Assembly (NCBI GenBank): GCA_951406725.2
Contig: OX597814.1
Location: forward strand, 215,140,001-215,204,000
DNA length: 64,000 nt
Reading direction: 5' to 3'
From: Octopus vulgaris
Lineage: Eukaryota
Shown here in pieces: positions 50,696 to 64,000 of this stretch. A model generated the notes under the pieces. The model was not told the origin of the DNA. It saw only the letters and a program-made list of their open reading frames with translations, and did not search any database. Both the position numbers and the translations under genes were made by a program. Position 1 is the first letter of the stretch; each line of letters opens with the position of its first letter.

Positions 50696-51804
50696 TGGTG
50701 CTAGATCATCATCATTAATATACCTACAATTATAGATATACAGGCGAAGGAGCAGCTGCGTGGTAAAAAGTTTGTTTCCCAACCACATTGTTCCAGGTTC
50801 AGTTCTACTGCGTGACACCTTGATCTTTCAATTTAATTCAATTTTTATTGGCTCAAAAAGCAAAAGCAAGGCCTTGTAGGGAGACAGGGAGTTATGTACA
50901 GGGAGGGTGGTCTACTTGAGCCTCGGGTCGACCAAAGCCTTGTGAGTAGAGTGTTCAAGGTGTAGAACGACAGAATCATGCTATCCTATAACGATGGCGT
51001 GATTCTGGAATTCTAATCTCGAAACCTCTATGTATTCTTGTCTGCATCTCTCTCGGATATTATTCGCTTTTTAGTGTTATGCATGATTCATTCAATTTAC
51101 TCTTATAACCCAGTTTGACAGATTCAATCTAATTGAAGTGTTTACCTTATAGCATTATAGACCGACTATATGTTTATATCCATATGCTCTTATGTGAGCC
51201 TGGACACATATTTGGTTATGTATGTATTTGTACGTATGTGTACGCCCATTCGTGTAGATGTCTGTGTGTACACATACACATACACACACACACATACACA
51301 TACACATTTATGCCTTTGTTCTGGTGTGTATGTATGTGTATATCCATCTTTTTAGGTGTATGGACGTATATTTAAATTTGTATATTATACAGACGTTTGC
51401 ATTTGCATTTATATTTGTTTGTGTCTTTATGATCGTGTACATCTATAATCTATACATGTGCAAGTAAGTACATACACATCCATGCGTATAACAGGTTATA
51501 AGGACACAATATTTACTCTCATTTTTCCTTAATATTTTCTTATTTTCCCACGTGATTTTTTGTTTTTACTTTTTCTCATTTTCTTAGCATTTTTTTTCGT
51601 TGAATAGATGGCTATGTCATCCGAGTGTGAACCGTTACCGAATCGTGCTCGGTATGCTATACACATCTCTCCCGATTACTGCACTAGCCGAACATGAAAC
51701 TTGAAGTGGCTCACGAATAACTACTGTATCAATTAAATAATATTGTCCTTGCATTCAGTGCCTTTTGCCGATCCTACCGACAAACAAAGTGTATAGATAT
51801 GAAA

Positions 51805-52105
51805 CTAGTCTCACGTAGTCCGAGAAAAACGTTTCTACAATCTCTTGCTCAACAACCTACACAAATGATGTGTTTATATTGATCAAATGTATGCGATGTG
51901 CATTAGCTCACTCCCTCCATTAAGTCGATGTTGCCTGAACAGGTTCACGTCGTGCCACAAGTCAGGTGTCGAAGTGATGGCAGAGCAGCGTGAGATGAAG
52001 TGTCTTGCTTAAGAACACAACGCACCAGCCGGACTAGGAATTGAAATTAGGATCTCGTGATCGTGAGTGTAACACCCGAACCACTAGGATATGCGCCCTC
52101 GCACT
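51805..52105 (-). mobile_element. SINE family E variant
   Basis: Homologous to 24276-24537. Confidence 0.65.
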
Positions 52106-52107
52106 GT

Positions 52108-52142
<35 letters not shown>

Positions 52143-52750
52143 AACATACATATACACACACTTTCTTTCTTTCTATCTTTATTTCTTTTTTTTTCTCTCT
52201 CTCTCTTCTAACACGCACCTACACATATGACATATACATAACAGTAATAGTACAGCAATGACATAATTATATACATAAAAAGTTTTTTTTCTATCGAATT
52301 TAAGAAATCGTATAACAGTTTTCAATAGCAGCTAATCACTTACATGCAAGCTACGATTGTGTTAGTAGATGTAGGTTGGATATGTAATTGTTGCTGTAGC
52401 AATTACCAAATAGCTGTGAACGTGTTACTGTCAATTCACCTTTTTTTTTCTGTATCCATATATCTTCTAGTAGTCGCCCACATATCTGTGTGTGTGACAT
52501 TTGTCTGCGTGTGTACCTCGCAAGTGATTCACAAGACAACTCGTAATATTGAATTCTATTGAGTATACGATCAAGTTATTGTGAAAGCTTGAAAAGATAA
52601 TCTTGCGTGCATTTCATGGAAAGCAAGGCCATACGTAATCAAAATAGGAGGTGAACCAGCTTTGCTCTTGTTTTATTTTTGTTATTAGATTTACTAAGAT
52701 AGCTACTAGCAATAACGGTGAAGATGCCATAGACAACTGTGCAAAAATTA

Positions 52751-52958
52751 TGTGGGGGTGCTGAAAAGCTTCTGACTTTGGATAAAAGAAAATACAGGAG
52801 GATTCGTTAATTATGATTTTATTCAACATATTCCCGTCTCGAATTCAGATACTTGTTGCAGTGATCCTTCGGTTTTTCTAAGCCCTGTAAGTAAAAGAAT
52901 TCAGAAGTTTGGGCCTCCAACCAGACCTTAGAACCAGGAACTTTTCTGCATCCCCTCG
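52751..52958 (-). mobile_element. Mariner-derived MITE
   Basis: TIRs plus peptide WLEAQTSEFFYLQGLEKPKDHCNKYLNSRREYVE*, matching the mariner C-terminal pattern F...GI.KL..RW.KC....G.YVE*. Confidence 0.88.
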
Positions 52959-54759
52959 CATTGTTGAGGTTGTTCTCATAGTTATTGTAAACCCTATGCG
53001 AATTGATCGAATAGACCACTCATTTGCAGATAGCTGATTCAACGACTGGGAGCCAACCATAGATCTAATGATACGCTATGCCACCTCTCAGCTGAAAACC
53101 ATCGGGTCCAGTCCGATATCCTATGAAGAATTACAGGGTATATAGTATAGCGGTCTGAACATATATTCCCTCCATCCGCCAGTGTATTACTGTGCACCAG
53201 TAGATTTTGATGGTATCCACACAGGAGGTGGGAAAGATAAACTCTGTCAGTGCGTGGCAGATTTTATATCCTTTCTCTCGTCATTGAACAGTTTAGCAGT
53301 AGAGATAATTGATGTAGCTGCAAGGGAAAATGCATAATTGCTGAGTATCTTGGTTTGTTGAAACAAGCTCAAATCCTCCGCTTTGAATAAGTAAGTTGTT
53401 ATTCCTGTTTAGTCACAAGCCAGTCCTGATCAAGTAGACGTTTGCGTATGATCAATTAACTTACCAGCCGTGACCATCCCATTTGTTTCCTTTGTGCAAA
53501 AACATGGGACCATACTAATCTGTGTGTTTCTTTCTAAGATGGCTAAGGGCTATTTCTCGCTGGTCTAATGACTGTTTGGCTTGAGAAAATAGTGGTGCTA
53601 GGGTGGAGTGTTTTTGCGTTGTGTGTCAAGAGATTAGAAAGAATGGTCACCGAGTCTTTAATAATATCAACGCTTCTGATATAACACCTGTACTTTGAAA
53701 GGAGACGAATAAACGCCATAGAGCTCGCAAATACAACCGTTTGTGTTCAACATTGATTATTCAAGATCAAGTAAACAAAACATTTGCCGGAAGAAAAGGT
53801 GTAAGAAGAGAAGAACAAATAAACAAATTATCCAAGTTTGTCGTGGAAATTTATTATTTCTATAATCTTTACTAGTTTACAGTTCAACAAGTGCATTTTA
53901 GAAAACGGTAAAGAGTAGTGCATCTAAGGGGTATCATCAAGTGTTTAAACTAATAGATATAACAATTATAACAGCAATGTATTTCAATAATCTGATAAAA
54001 GCACTATGTGTGAATTTATTACATGTGCGTACTTGTACTTGTCCAGGTTCTCGGCTCTATCAGTGTTGGAGCATATTATTTTATAACGCTTCTCATCTCA
54101 TTAGTTAAAATCACTCATAATAGTTTATCGATTTTATTTTAGGTTTTGCGGTGTAACATTTTGGTTTTAGTAAACCCAATGTTTTTATGTATTTTAGCTT
54201 TTAGAATTTGTAATTTAAAAAATTTTTTTGCGTGATTTTCATATCTAAATATTTATTACAGCCAAATATTTCTAACTTCTAAAGCCCTCTTTTTAATTTT
54301 TGTTATGTAATAGATTTATTAAAGTGGTTTGCTATTAGTTCTTCATAAAGTAGATTGCTTTCCGGATACCGTTATCAACACAATGTTTAAAAAAATTTTA
54401 AAGAACAAATGTGAAAAGCTAAAACTGAAAAAACCTATTCTGAAAAATTTGGTACTTTTGTCGATTAAAATGAAATAGAGTTAGTTTCATGGATGGAACA
54501 TGGATACAATAAACTCAATGCATTAGAACCTTTAATTTCTGTACGGCTACCTGCCTAAGTTCAAATATTATCTAAGTCCACCTCATTTACCTGTCAGTGT
54601 CTGTAAAATAAGCACTAATTAAAAGAGAATCAATTCAATCAAATGCTCATACCCTTACAGACAACGGGACTGTAAGTTAGATAAAGTTGCCTTATTAAGA
54701 AGAAAGACTTGAAAAATTTCTTTTTGAATTACTGATCACCAGATGCATATTTGTTTTAC

Positions 54760-55197
54760 ATTTTGATTTAAATTTCAGGGGAGGGAATAAGTCGGTTACA
54801 TTGACCCCAGTGCTCGACTGGTACTTATTCTATCAACCCCGAAAAGGATGAAAGGCAAAGTCGACCTCGGTGGAATTTGAACTCGTAACGTGAAAACGGA
54901 CGAAATACCTATTTCTTTACTACCCACAAGGGGCTAAACACAGAGGGGACAAACAAGGACAGACAAACGGATTAAATCGATTATATCGACCCCAGTGCGT
55001 AACTACTACTTAATTTATCGACCCCGAAAGGATGAAAGGCAAAGTCGACCTCGTCGGAATTTGAACTCAGAACGTAACGGCAGACGAAATACGGCTACGC
55101 ATTTCGCCCGGCGTGCTAACGTTTCTGCCAGCTCGCCGGACGAAATACCGCTAAGCATTTTGCCCGGCGTGCCATCGGTACTTCCAGATCGCCGCCT
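54760..55197 (-). mobile_element. Young SINE A nested in an older SINE A
   Basis: TSD cggacgaaatacc around the inner copy at about 54910-55136. Confidence 0.9.
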
Positions 55198-56224
55198 TGA
55201 TCATTAGATACCGACCCTTTTGCATAAGCTAACTACAACAATACTGAATGCTAACTTCTGGTCTAGTCTGAGTGTATGCGGTGGGGTGGGGATGGGGTGG
55301 GGGCAATCAATCACTAAATGGCTAAGATTATGAAAGAAAAATTGATTTAACTGCTTGTTGGATATATGTCCATATATGTCTCTGAGTTGATATGATAATC
55401 ATTTCTTAGAAGGGCACGAACAGTTAGAAGCAAAGAAAGCGTGAATAATAAGTTGTAAAGTTTTTCAAGTAAATTAGTCAAGCAAGTAATTTGGTTATAC
55501 GTAACAACTGACTTAAATTTAAATTAATCGTGAACATAGTTCACTTGACACGCCATCGACTCAAGACAATATATTTGTTGCGAGGACTATAATAAATTTA
55601 TTCGACTCCAGTGCATAAGTAGTACCTATTTTATCGTTCCCGGAAGGATGACAGTGAAAGTCAATTTGAGCAAGATTGAAATTTACATCAATGAAGATCG
55701 ATAGCCGACCAAAACATTCATTGATATGAAGTTGTTATTTAGTCCCAGGTCAGACCTGATCAAGGAGTCCTAAGGCAGGCAAATATGTTATGTGTCAGTC
55801 AAGATGAAGCAGTAAGGAATCGCTTATGACGGTCGGAACCTATTGTACGTTTGCCAATGTCTGTTTCTGTATGTCCATAGATTGTAGTAGTAGCTACATC
55901 AGAGGCAGGCAAGGTGGACTCTGTCAGAGTATGACAGTTATCGATTCCCTTAATTCATTGTAGGCATTGTGCATCAATCACAATTCTGTTGGAAGCAATG
56001 AGACAATTAATGTCGCAGTTAATTCTATGTGTATATGCTTTCTATGCTTGATCAAAGCAAAATAAGAGATATAGTGTTTCTCGGATGTTGTTGACGTAAT
56101 GCTTTGGCTCATTTTATAAGAGTGTAAGTTTAAGGGTTGTTTTTCATGAAGTGAGTGGGACTGCTGGAGGCTAAAGCTTACTATAACTTCAAGATATTCA
56201 TAATAAAAATGTATTATTTTGAAT

Positions 56225-56670
56225 AGCTAAGCTGCCAGAATAGTTATTACTCCGAACAAAATACTTAACGGTATTTCTTCAAAAGGCGGCAAGCTAGCAG
56301 AAACGTTAGCACGCCGGGCGAAATGCTTAGCGGTATTGTGTCTGCCGCTACGTTCTGAGTTCAAATTCCGCCGAGGTCGACTTTGCCTTTCATCCTTTCG
56401 GGGTCGATTAAATAAGTACCAGTTACGCACTGGGGTCGATAATCGACTTAATCCGTTTGTCTGTCCTTGTTTGTCCTCTCTGTGTTTAGCCCCTTGTGGG
56501 TAGTAAAGAAATAGGTATTTCTTCCGGCTTTGCACTCTGAGTTCAAATTCCAGCGAAGTCGACTTTCGGGGTCAATAGAACAGGCACCAATCAAGCACTG
56601 GAGTCGTCGTATTCAACTAGGCCCCTCCCTCTAAATTTCAGACCTTTTGCTTATTAGCAGAAAGAATTAT
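56225..56670 (+). mobile_element. Young SINE A nested in an older SINE A
   Basis: TSD ggtatttcttc (56270-56280 / 56514-56524). Confidence 0.9.
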
Positions 56671-57611
56671 TATCATGAATAGCCAACATGCCGGAATAAA
56701 TGTCTTCTGATATTTAATTGCGATCCTTTCTTCTGAGTTCAAACCCAAATGTGGTATGACTATGTATGTCATCTCTGAAGAATTGATGAAAGAAGACATT
56801 TTCCTGTTTCCTAAGAAGATTAAGTTTAAACAAATCTGTAGTCGTGATGTTATATTCCGATAATGATGGTGTATGGTAGAATATATAGCTTTTATTTAGT
56901 GGCGTTTATGAGTCCCAAACACTCTTGTCTCACATTCTCTGGCTGCAATAGAATATCTATCAACCATGTACTGTGGTGAATCACATGAGCACCACCTCTC
57001 CTCTTGCAGTTCTGAGTCAGTGTAAAAAAAAAAAAGACCAACTTTTAAGGGATCACTTGAATTGACTGTACTTTCTCCTCTGAGGTCCAATCTCTCTATA
57101 ATGAAACCATTATTACTCGGAAAGAAATTGTTGTACTGTTAAAAGTACTACAGCTTCAGACTTAGTGACTTGCGGTATACAAATTTGTTTCTTTACATTG
57201 TGAGTCCATATTTTCTCCTTGGCGTCAGTAAGTAAGTTCCATTAACAACACGAACTTGTTGTAATCGAGATTACACCATTCTTTTAAAGAGTGGCTTTGT
57301 AGCCATGGTTGTGTTATTAACATGTTTTCTTGCACTTACCTAGTTCCAGGTTCCAGCAGTTGCGCAAGTGTCTACTCTTATCATCTCGGATCGTTCAACA
57401 GTGTGTGAATGAAAGTTGTTCAAAGAAAACTAGCAGAAATCTCGTAGTACGCGCATGCACTCACGACACACACACAAACACACACACATAACCATACACA
57501 CACACGACCACACACGCACATCCACATGATGGTGATTCTTTAGTAATGTGTGTGTGTGGTAACGAATACTGCGGTGGCGGCGAACGCTTTTCCATTAATA
57601 TGTCCAGAGAA

Positions 57612-57806
57612 GACGGAGAGCTGGTAGAATCGTTAGCACGCCGGATTAAATGCTTAGCGGCATTTCTTCTGGCTTTATCTCCTGAGTTCAAATTCCACCG
57701 GGGTCGATTTTGCCTTTTATCCTTTGGGGTTCGATAAATAAATACCAGTTGAGCAGGGTAGTCGATGTAATCAATTAACCTCCTCCCTAAAAAAATTTCG
57801 AGCCTT
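57612..57806 (+). mobile_element. SINE family A, older
   Basis: Head and core match. Confidence 0.8.
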
Positions 57807-58362
57807 AAAAGGTAGCTAAGGGCTTCTCTTGCACATTTTCTGCGTGCAGGTTTGTGTGTTATTTCTCTTTGTTCATCATATTACATGGATTGAAACAACC
57901 GACTATAGAATTCGTTACTTCTGACAAAAACAAAATAAGAACTAGAATGTTCGGCGCTAATGGGGTTTGTTATTTCATTTTTTTTTTCATTTGAAACAGA
58001 AGTGGAATTATTTTCAAGGAAAAAATTAGTATTCTATAAAGATGAGAGTTGTCAATCATGTTTAATAAAAAAGATATTCACCATACCAAAAGCATGCTCA
58101 AGCGAACATTTCGGTAGAAATAAAGGAAGAGATTGCTTTTAAGAGAAGATATGGCATAAATTTAAAGGAATTTAACGCAGATATGAGTTGGCCATATGTA
58201 CAATCTGTATAATTTTGAGAGAGAGAAGGGGAGAGAGAGGGGGAGAGAGAGATAGAGAAGGAAAAAAGACCAAATAAAATCTGTATTTGTGAATAAAGAT
58301 GCATCAGGCTTGATGACACTCGTGCCTCGCATGCTGAGTGATGTAAAATCTCACCTGTGAGA

Positions 58363-58775
58363 GGCGCAGGAGTGGCTTTGTGGTAAGTAGCTTGCTAACC
58401 AACCACATGGTTCCGGGTTCAGTCCCACTGCGTGGCACCTTGGGCGAGTGTCTTCTACTATAGCCTAGGGCCGACCAAAGCCTTGTGAGTGGATTTGGTA
58501 GACGGAAACTGAAAGAAGCCCGTCGTATATATGTATATATATGTATGTGCGTGTATGTTTGTGTGTCTGTGTTTGTCCCCCTAGCATTGCTTGACAACCG
58601 ATGCTGGTGTGTTTATGTCCCCGTCACTTAGCGGTTCGGCAAAAGAGACCGATAGAATAAGTACTGGGCTTACAAAGAATAAGTCCAGGGGTCGAGTTGC
58701 TCGATTAAAGGCGGTGCTCCAGCATGGCCGCAGTCGAAATGACTGAAACAAGAGAAAAGAGAAAAGAGAAAGAGA
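58363..58775 (+). mobile_element. SINE family C, full length
   Basis: Nearly identical to the 43208 copy. Confidence 0.93.
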
Positions 58776-60392
58776 GTGTGGCTGAGAGTAAAACAATTAG
58801 ATGGAGATTGAATGAGGGAAGTATTTATATGTGCGAGTTCTAATCCTCTTTACGAGTTTGAGAAAGCTGCTGTCAGCACCTGCGCTGCAACGCAAGTGAA
58901 TTTTAAATCCGGCAAGAGTTGGCATGATTTAAAAATCGTTCGATATTTCACAGCGTCGTAAGGTATGATGAAGCTAACAAGTCAGAGAAAATCGCTACAG
59001 AAAATATTGTGCCAAGTTTTGTAAGCTTAAGAAGGCTAATTGTTTCTGATATGATCTTGGGGTGAGACTGGCTTCTTAGGAAAAATGTATAGGAAAATAT
59101 ACATCCCATAAGAGACCACACTATCTTGACATAATCCGATAAAGGTCAGACTAATATTCCTTTTCTGCGTCAATCTCTCAGGGTACTTGATCATACAGAG
59201 TACCCCCAGAGCCTTGAAGAACATCAACAAGAACAGTTTCAGTGCAGTCCTGGATCAAATGCAGAGAGGCAGAGCTCCTGGCATCTATTGTTGTCGGGCG
59301 TACTTCCACCCACCACACTGACAGTCGGGGACTGCAGTGGATAGAAGCTCCACCATAGTATTCTATAGGGGACTAGTCGCTCGCAAGAATGACAATACGA
59401 AGAACTACTTGGCTACCAACAACTTCTTACAGTTGGCTTACTAATGCGTTTGCTCAGACTGTATGTGACAATCTCACAGAGAGAATCTTCTAATGAAGGC
59501 TCTTTTTTTGTTAAAACCAATGCTGTTGTACACATTCCTAAGCTCTTGGACCAAATTCCATGGGAGTTTCATTTTATTACACTCCATTTCCTTCCTCTTG
59601 TACCATTCCTCTTCTACGTGTCGTAATAAGCAAGTGATAGTAAATTTTTAAAATGTGTATAAAAAGCATCTTTTCAGGGTCTACTTTAAAGCGGTTTCAT
59701 TTTCTAAATCGATATTGAAAAAGCTTTAGTAATTACTTTTCCATTGCAAAAGGTCAACATTCAAATGTGGAACCACGAGGAGAGCTTCACCTTAATTACT
59801 TGAACTCTTATTTCAAAATATTTTGGTTTGATGTCTCTTCAAGGGGCTTTGAAATGTTGAGGCTTTCAAGAGGCTTTGAAGACTGAGCTGGACTTAGATG
59901 TGAACGAAGAGGACAGAAATGATTTAACCCCGAATCCTTGCAGTCAACTGGTCTTTGACAACCTGAGGGAGAGTCAACGAGAAGAGAATGAATCCATGTA
60001 ACAACAGCACTCTGAGGAGGACAAAAACAGACATACCAGAAGCGCTGGAAAAAGCTTTGTCTTTGGTGTGAGCTCATATATTCTAAGAATGCATCATCCT
60101 ATCATAAGGTGTCGTGAGTCAGATCCAAAATATTTTTCTGATAGTGTTGCAATTCTTTTGAACTGTTCAGAAGTATAGGCAGTGGCAATAACGGTCAGGA
60201 TAACTTCTTTAAAATAATGAGTCAAAAGTCTTTTACACCTACGATTCTTTGCTTTAACACAAGATCATGTTATGGACAATGCTGTAGCACACACTCATAT
60301 CCTGTTGGACTAATGCTATAATAGTTTCCTTTTATCACAATCAATTTCCTGTTTCTCTGTATCACTCCTCTGCAACGTGCTATAGGTAGTAA

Positions 60393-60492
60393 TTCTCTTG
60401 CAGAAGAAAGTAGTTCTAAGAGATTTAGAAAAGATAACTTCTCTTGCAAGAAGAAAGTAGTTCTAAGAGATTTAGAAAAGATGACTTCTCTT
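60393..60492. repeat. Tandem duplication of about 47 bp
   Basis: ttctcttgca(a)gaagaaagtagttctaagagatttagaaaagat(a/g)ac occurs twice. Confidence 0.9.
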
Positions 60493-60895
60493 TATCTCAA
60501 TAAATTCCTTCTCATCCGTCACTCTACTTCTCTTCACTTTGGCTAAACACCTTGCAAAATTCAAGTGAGGGATCGTAATTTTTCAATTAATAATTTATTT
60601 TTAATTCCTAAAAATAGTTGATATGACTTTTAAATTTTAATTATGGTGCATGTGTATGTATGGAGGCATGTGATAAGTTCCTGTCTGAATTATCTCCCTT
60701 CAATGATATTTGATAAACCGAAATGAAGAAAATATGACATATGCAGTTTGCACCTGACCGTAACTTTAATTAAATGGTAATTAATTTAAAAAAAATTTAA
60801 TCAGTTACTTTTTCATTATACTTATTCATGGCATTTATCATGCAAATAGTACCAGTTTACTTTATAAATGTTTATTTTAATATCTCTAAGCTTTA

Positions 60896-61115
60896 AGGCG
60901 GTGAACTGGCAGAATCGTTAGCAGGCCAGGTAAAATACGTATCGGCATCTCATCCGTCTCTACGTTTTAATCTAAGTTCAAATGCCGCCGGAATCGACTT
61001 TGGCTTTCATCTCTTTCGTGTCGATAAAATAAGTACCACTTAAGCACTAGGGTCGATTTAATCGACTTAGTCCCTCCGCCGTAATTGTTGGCCTGGAGCC
61101 AAAGTTTGAAGCCAA
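60896..61115 (+). mobile_element. SINE family A, older
   Basis: Head and core match; another diverged copy at about 61714-61940. Confidence 0.8.
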
Positions 61116-62098
61116 TATCTGTAAGCTTTTATATATTCATGGGAGAGAGGTCTTTGAATTGGTCAATAGATTTATCTATTTTTCTTTCTATATATTTATT
61201 CTTGCTGTTCATTATCATGTACTAAATGAGGTGGCTTTCCTACATAAATTTGCTTTTTGATTGATAATACGTATTTTATATATTTTTAAACCTATGTTTG
61301 TGGAGTGCACTTTCAGAATTAGTTGAATTTTGGAAGGAATTGTCCCTAAATATATATATGTCATGATGTGGTAACAAAGTGTTGTGATAAGAAATGATGT
61401 AATAGCGGTATTAAAAATTTTGAGCTTGACAGAGTTAAGCACGCTGAAATTTTGTAAAATGGGGATTAATATCAAAAGCATGGAGAGAGTTTCTCATTCT
61501 TTCTCTAAACGCTCTTTATGCACAAAAGTATGCATAACTCACCCATGAGATCGCTCCAGCATACCCATGAGGGTAAGGCATACATGAATTAGTGGAATTT
61601 CATTCCGGGTGATTAAGCTCAATGTAATGTCTGTCAACTTAATGAGAAATGGAACTGATTGTTACCAATTATTACAGGAGCAATGAATGCTTGGATTTGA
61701 TTAATGGAAGTTAAGGCAGTGAAGTGAGATAATCGTTTGCGCGCCGAACATAATGCTTAGCAGCATTTTCCCCGGCTCTTTACGTTCTAGATTCATATTC
61801 CGCCGAGGTCGACTCTGCCTCTCATCTTTACGGCTTCTATAATATAATTGTCCTAAATAATTATAGAGGGGTAGGTTACCATCAGAGAGGGGTAGGTTAC
61901 CTCTCCCCCTGAATTTACTGGACTTGTGTAAAATTCGAAAGAGTTATTAGAATCTAGCAAAGTAGCAAAGTATTTCTTTTCTCTTCATAAGTACATCATG
62001 TTATCGGCGATATAATGATAGAATTCGAAATGCTGACAATCGGGTTGGAAGGCTGGAAATTTTATGACAGTCAGATGTGAGTATTTTCATTTAATATA

Positions 62099-62331
62099 TA
62101 TTTCTTTACTACCCTCAAGGGACTAAACACAGAGGGGACAAACAAGGACAGACAAATGGATTAAGTCGATTATATCGACCCCAGTGCGTAACTGGTACTT
62201 AATTTAATCGACCCCGAAAGGATGAAAGGCAAAGTCGACCTCGGCGGAACTTGAACTCAGAACGTAACGGCAGACGAAATACGGCTACGCATTTCACCCG
62301 GCGTGCTAACGTTTCTGCCAGCTCGCCGCCT
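62099..62331 (-). mobile_element. SINE family A, full length
   Basis: TSD ttttcatttaatata. Confidence 0.92.
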
Positions 62332-63189
62332 TCTTTTTCATTTAATATAACGATATAGTTGCTGTGGCTGCTTCAATACTCGTTGATAGAAAACGTGCAG
62401 CATGAGAAATTATGACGATTCAATTAAGATTTTAAAGGAAGAAAAATTAACTATGAATATTGAATATCAACACATTTAATCTTAACACGTGTAGGCAGTT
62501 TCTGACGCAAAATATGCTAGATCTCATTGGCGAATGACTTCTCTCTTTTTACGACAATTGTGTATTCAATACACTCGTCTAATTGATGCACGTCATTGTG
62601 GGACGTCAGTGTTTCGTCAGCCAGAAGTATCCAGAATTTTGAGACTTGCCAAAGCCGATGTTTATGCCGACCGATAAAAATTAACAATTATTGTTTTAGC
62701 TTTTTTCTTGATTTGGATATTTTTCGCCCGTGAAAGAAATACGATGCAGATTATAGAATGCATATCTAAAAGAAAAATCTTTGGAAACAAGACTAAGAAC
62801 CATAAAAATTCCTCCCAAGAACTTGAGCTAAAATATGTGCTGCACACACAGCCAACCTCTCAACGTATAAAAACTATGTGTATTAAAGGTGGTGTTATAA
62901 TGATGATGATGGTGATAGTGATGACTTTTCTAAACAAATGTATTTAGTAGAGATAAATAAAACTGTCAAACATATCTGCTGTTTCTAAACTGTTCAATAG
63001 CGAGATTATGTCGAAATTTGTAAAATAACTGTTATATTTTGAATATTGGGGATTCTGGCCACGTTAGGGCCTCCCATATGCATTCTACCTTGTTATGTTT
63101 AGTGATTGTATTTATTTATCTTTAGTGATTATATGGGGGTATTTTTAGACGCTTGCATGTGTATAAATTTTAGGTGGTGAGTCAGTGGG

Positions 63190-63580
63190 TTGCCAGATGG
63201 AGAGTGTTATGCCTTCTGTTCTACCTGCTGGTTGGTCTGGGATATGGGGGAGGAATCTATCCAAATAACGTTTAAAATCTTCAACAGATGCCATCGCCAT
63301 GTTCCCAATTTATTCAGGTGAAGAATAACGTAACTGTGGCAGAGAAGTACTGTTGTTGCATAATGCTTGGAACGCGTCCAATATTTTCCTCATTCAAGTA
63401 ATTTATACCTCAAGGACACTCCGGTTATTCCAGCATACAGACGTTTCTGTATTTACTGTTTGAATTGTTCCTTGGGTAGGAATTTAGCCTTTCCGTCTAC
63501 TATCACGTGGAGGTAGCGACATTGCCGTATTTTAGCTGCTTTCTAGATTAACAGATACACAATCTGTCGTAAATCAGTGA
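63190..63580 (-). pseudogene. CR1/L2-like LINE ORF2 C-terminal remnant
   Basis: Minus-strand SVEDFKRYLDRFLPHIPDQP resembles the CR1-group C-terminus SV..FK..LD.FL..+PD.P. Confidence 0.55.
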
Positions 63581-64000
63581 ATATTAGAAAATGCGTCTAA
63601 CTCTTCACCTGACCAGTCAAATATAATGAGACACAAATGCAATAACACTGCATTGTATACATAAGTATATATTCCATAGGAACAAAAGTTTTGGAAAATG
63701 TTGCAGCATCTGTAAAGCGGTTCAAAGATAGAAACTGAAAACAGATCTCAGATCTGACTTACTCATTATTTGCAATAAAAGCGTGTGATTAACAAGTTCG
63801 TTTTGCAAACACATGGATCCAGGTTTGATCACACTGAGCGGTACTTTGCACAAGCATCTTCTACTTTAGGTGCTTGCTTGTGAGCAAAATTTGCTGGAAG
63901 CTTTGCTGGAGCTTATCGCAGTTATACGTATGCATGTATGCATGTATGCATGTATGCATGTATGCATGTATGCGTGTGTGCGCACATGTGCTGTCAGTTT

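Noticed and set aside
56896-57090. Possible terminal exon with AATAAA on the minus strand
   Set aside because: No recognisable protein or partner exons.
59808-60400. 89-aa minus ORF, or a pogo/Tigger-like VMDNAVAH on the plus strand
   Set aside because: One short motif only; not enough to call.

Overview
AT-rich, repeat-saturated eukaryotic DNA. The SINE families and the microsatellite density suggest an octopus/cephalopod genome (inference). I found no intact protein-coding gene; most ORFs in the track are microsatellite or SINE read-throughs. The window holds about 45 SINE copies from five families, four non-autonomous Helitrons, several MITEs (mariner, hAT, foldback), long micro- and minisatellites, and decayed coding fossils of a Helitron Rep/helicase, an R4/Dong-type RLE LINE, a Ty3/gypsy integrase, a Penelope-like RT and a CR1-like LINE. 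The most interesting unannotated signal is a set of eight type I hammerhead-ribozyme-like motifs. Most sit in short elements next to or inside (TA)n tracts. Two have canonical cores, two carry a compensatory U3:A8 core, and two related ones have non-canonical cores plus a conserved downstream segment complementary to stem II. A CpG-depleted domain at about 4-13 kb, next to a candidate bidirectional promoter at about 1.7-1.8 kb, hints at a hidden methylated transcription unit.
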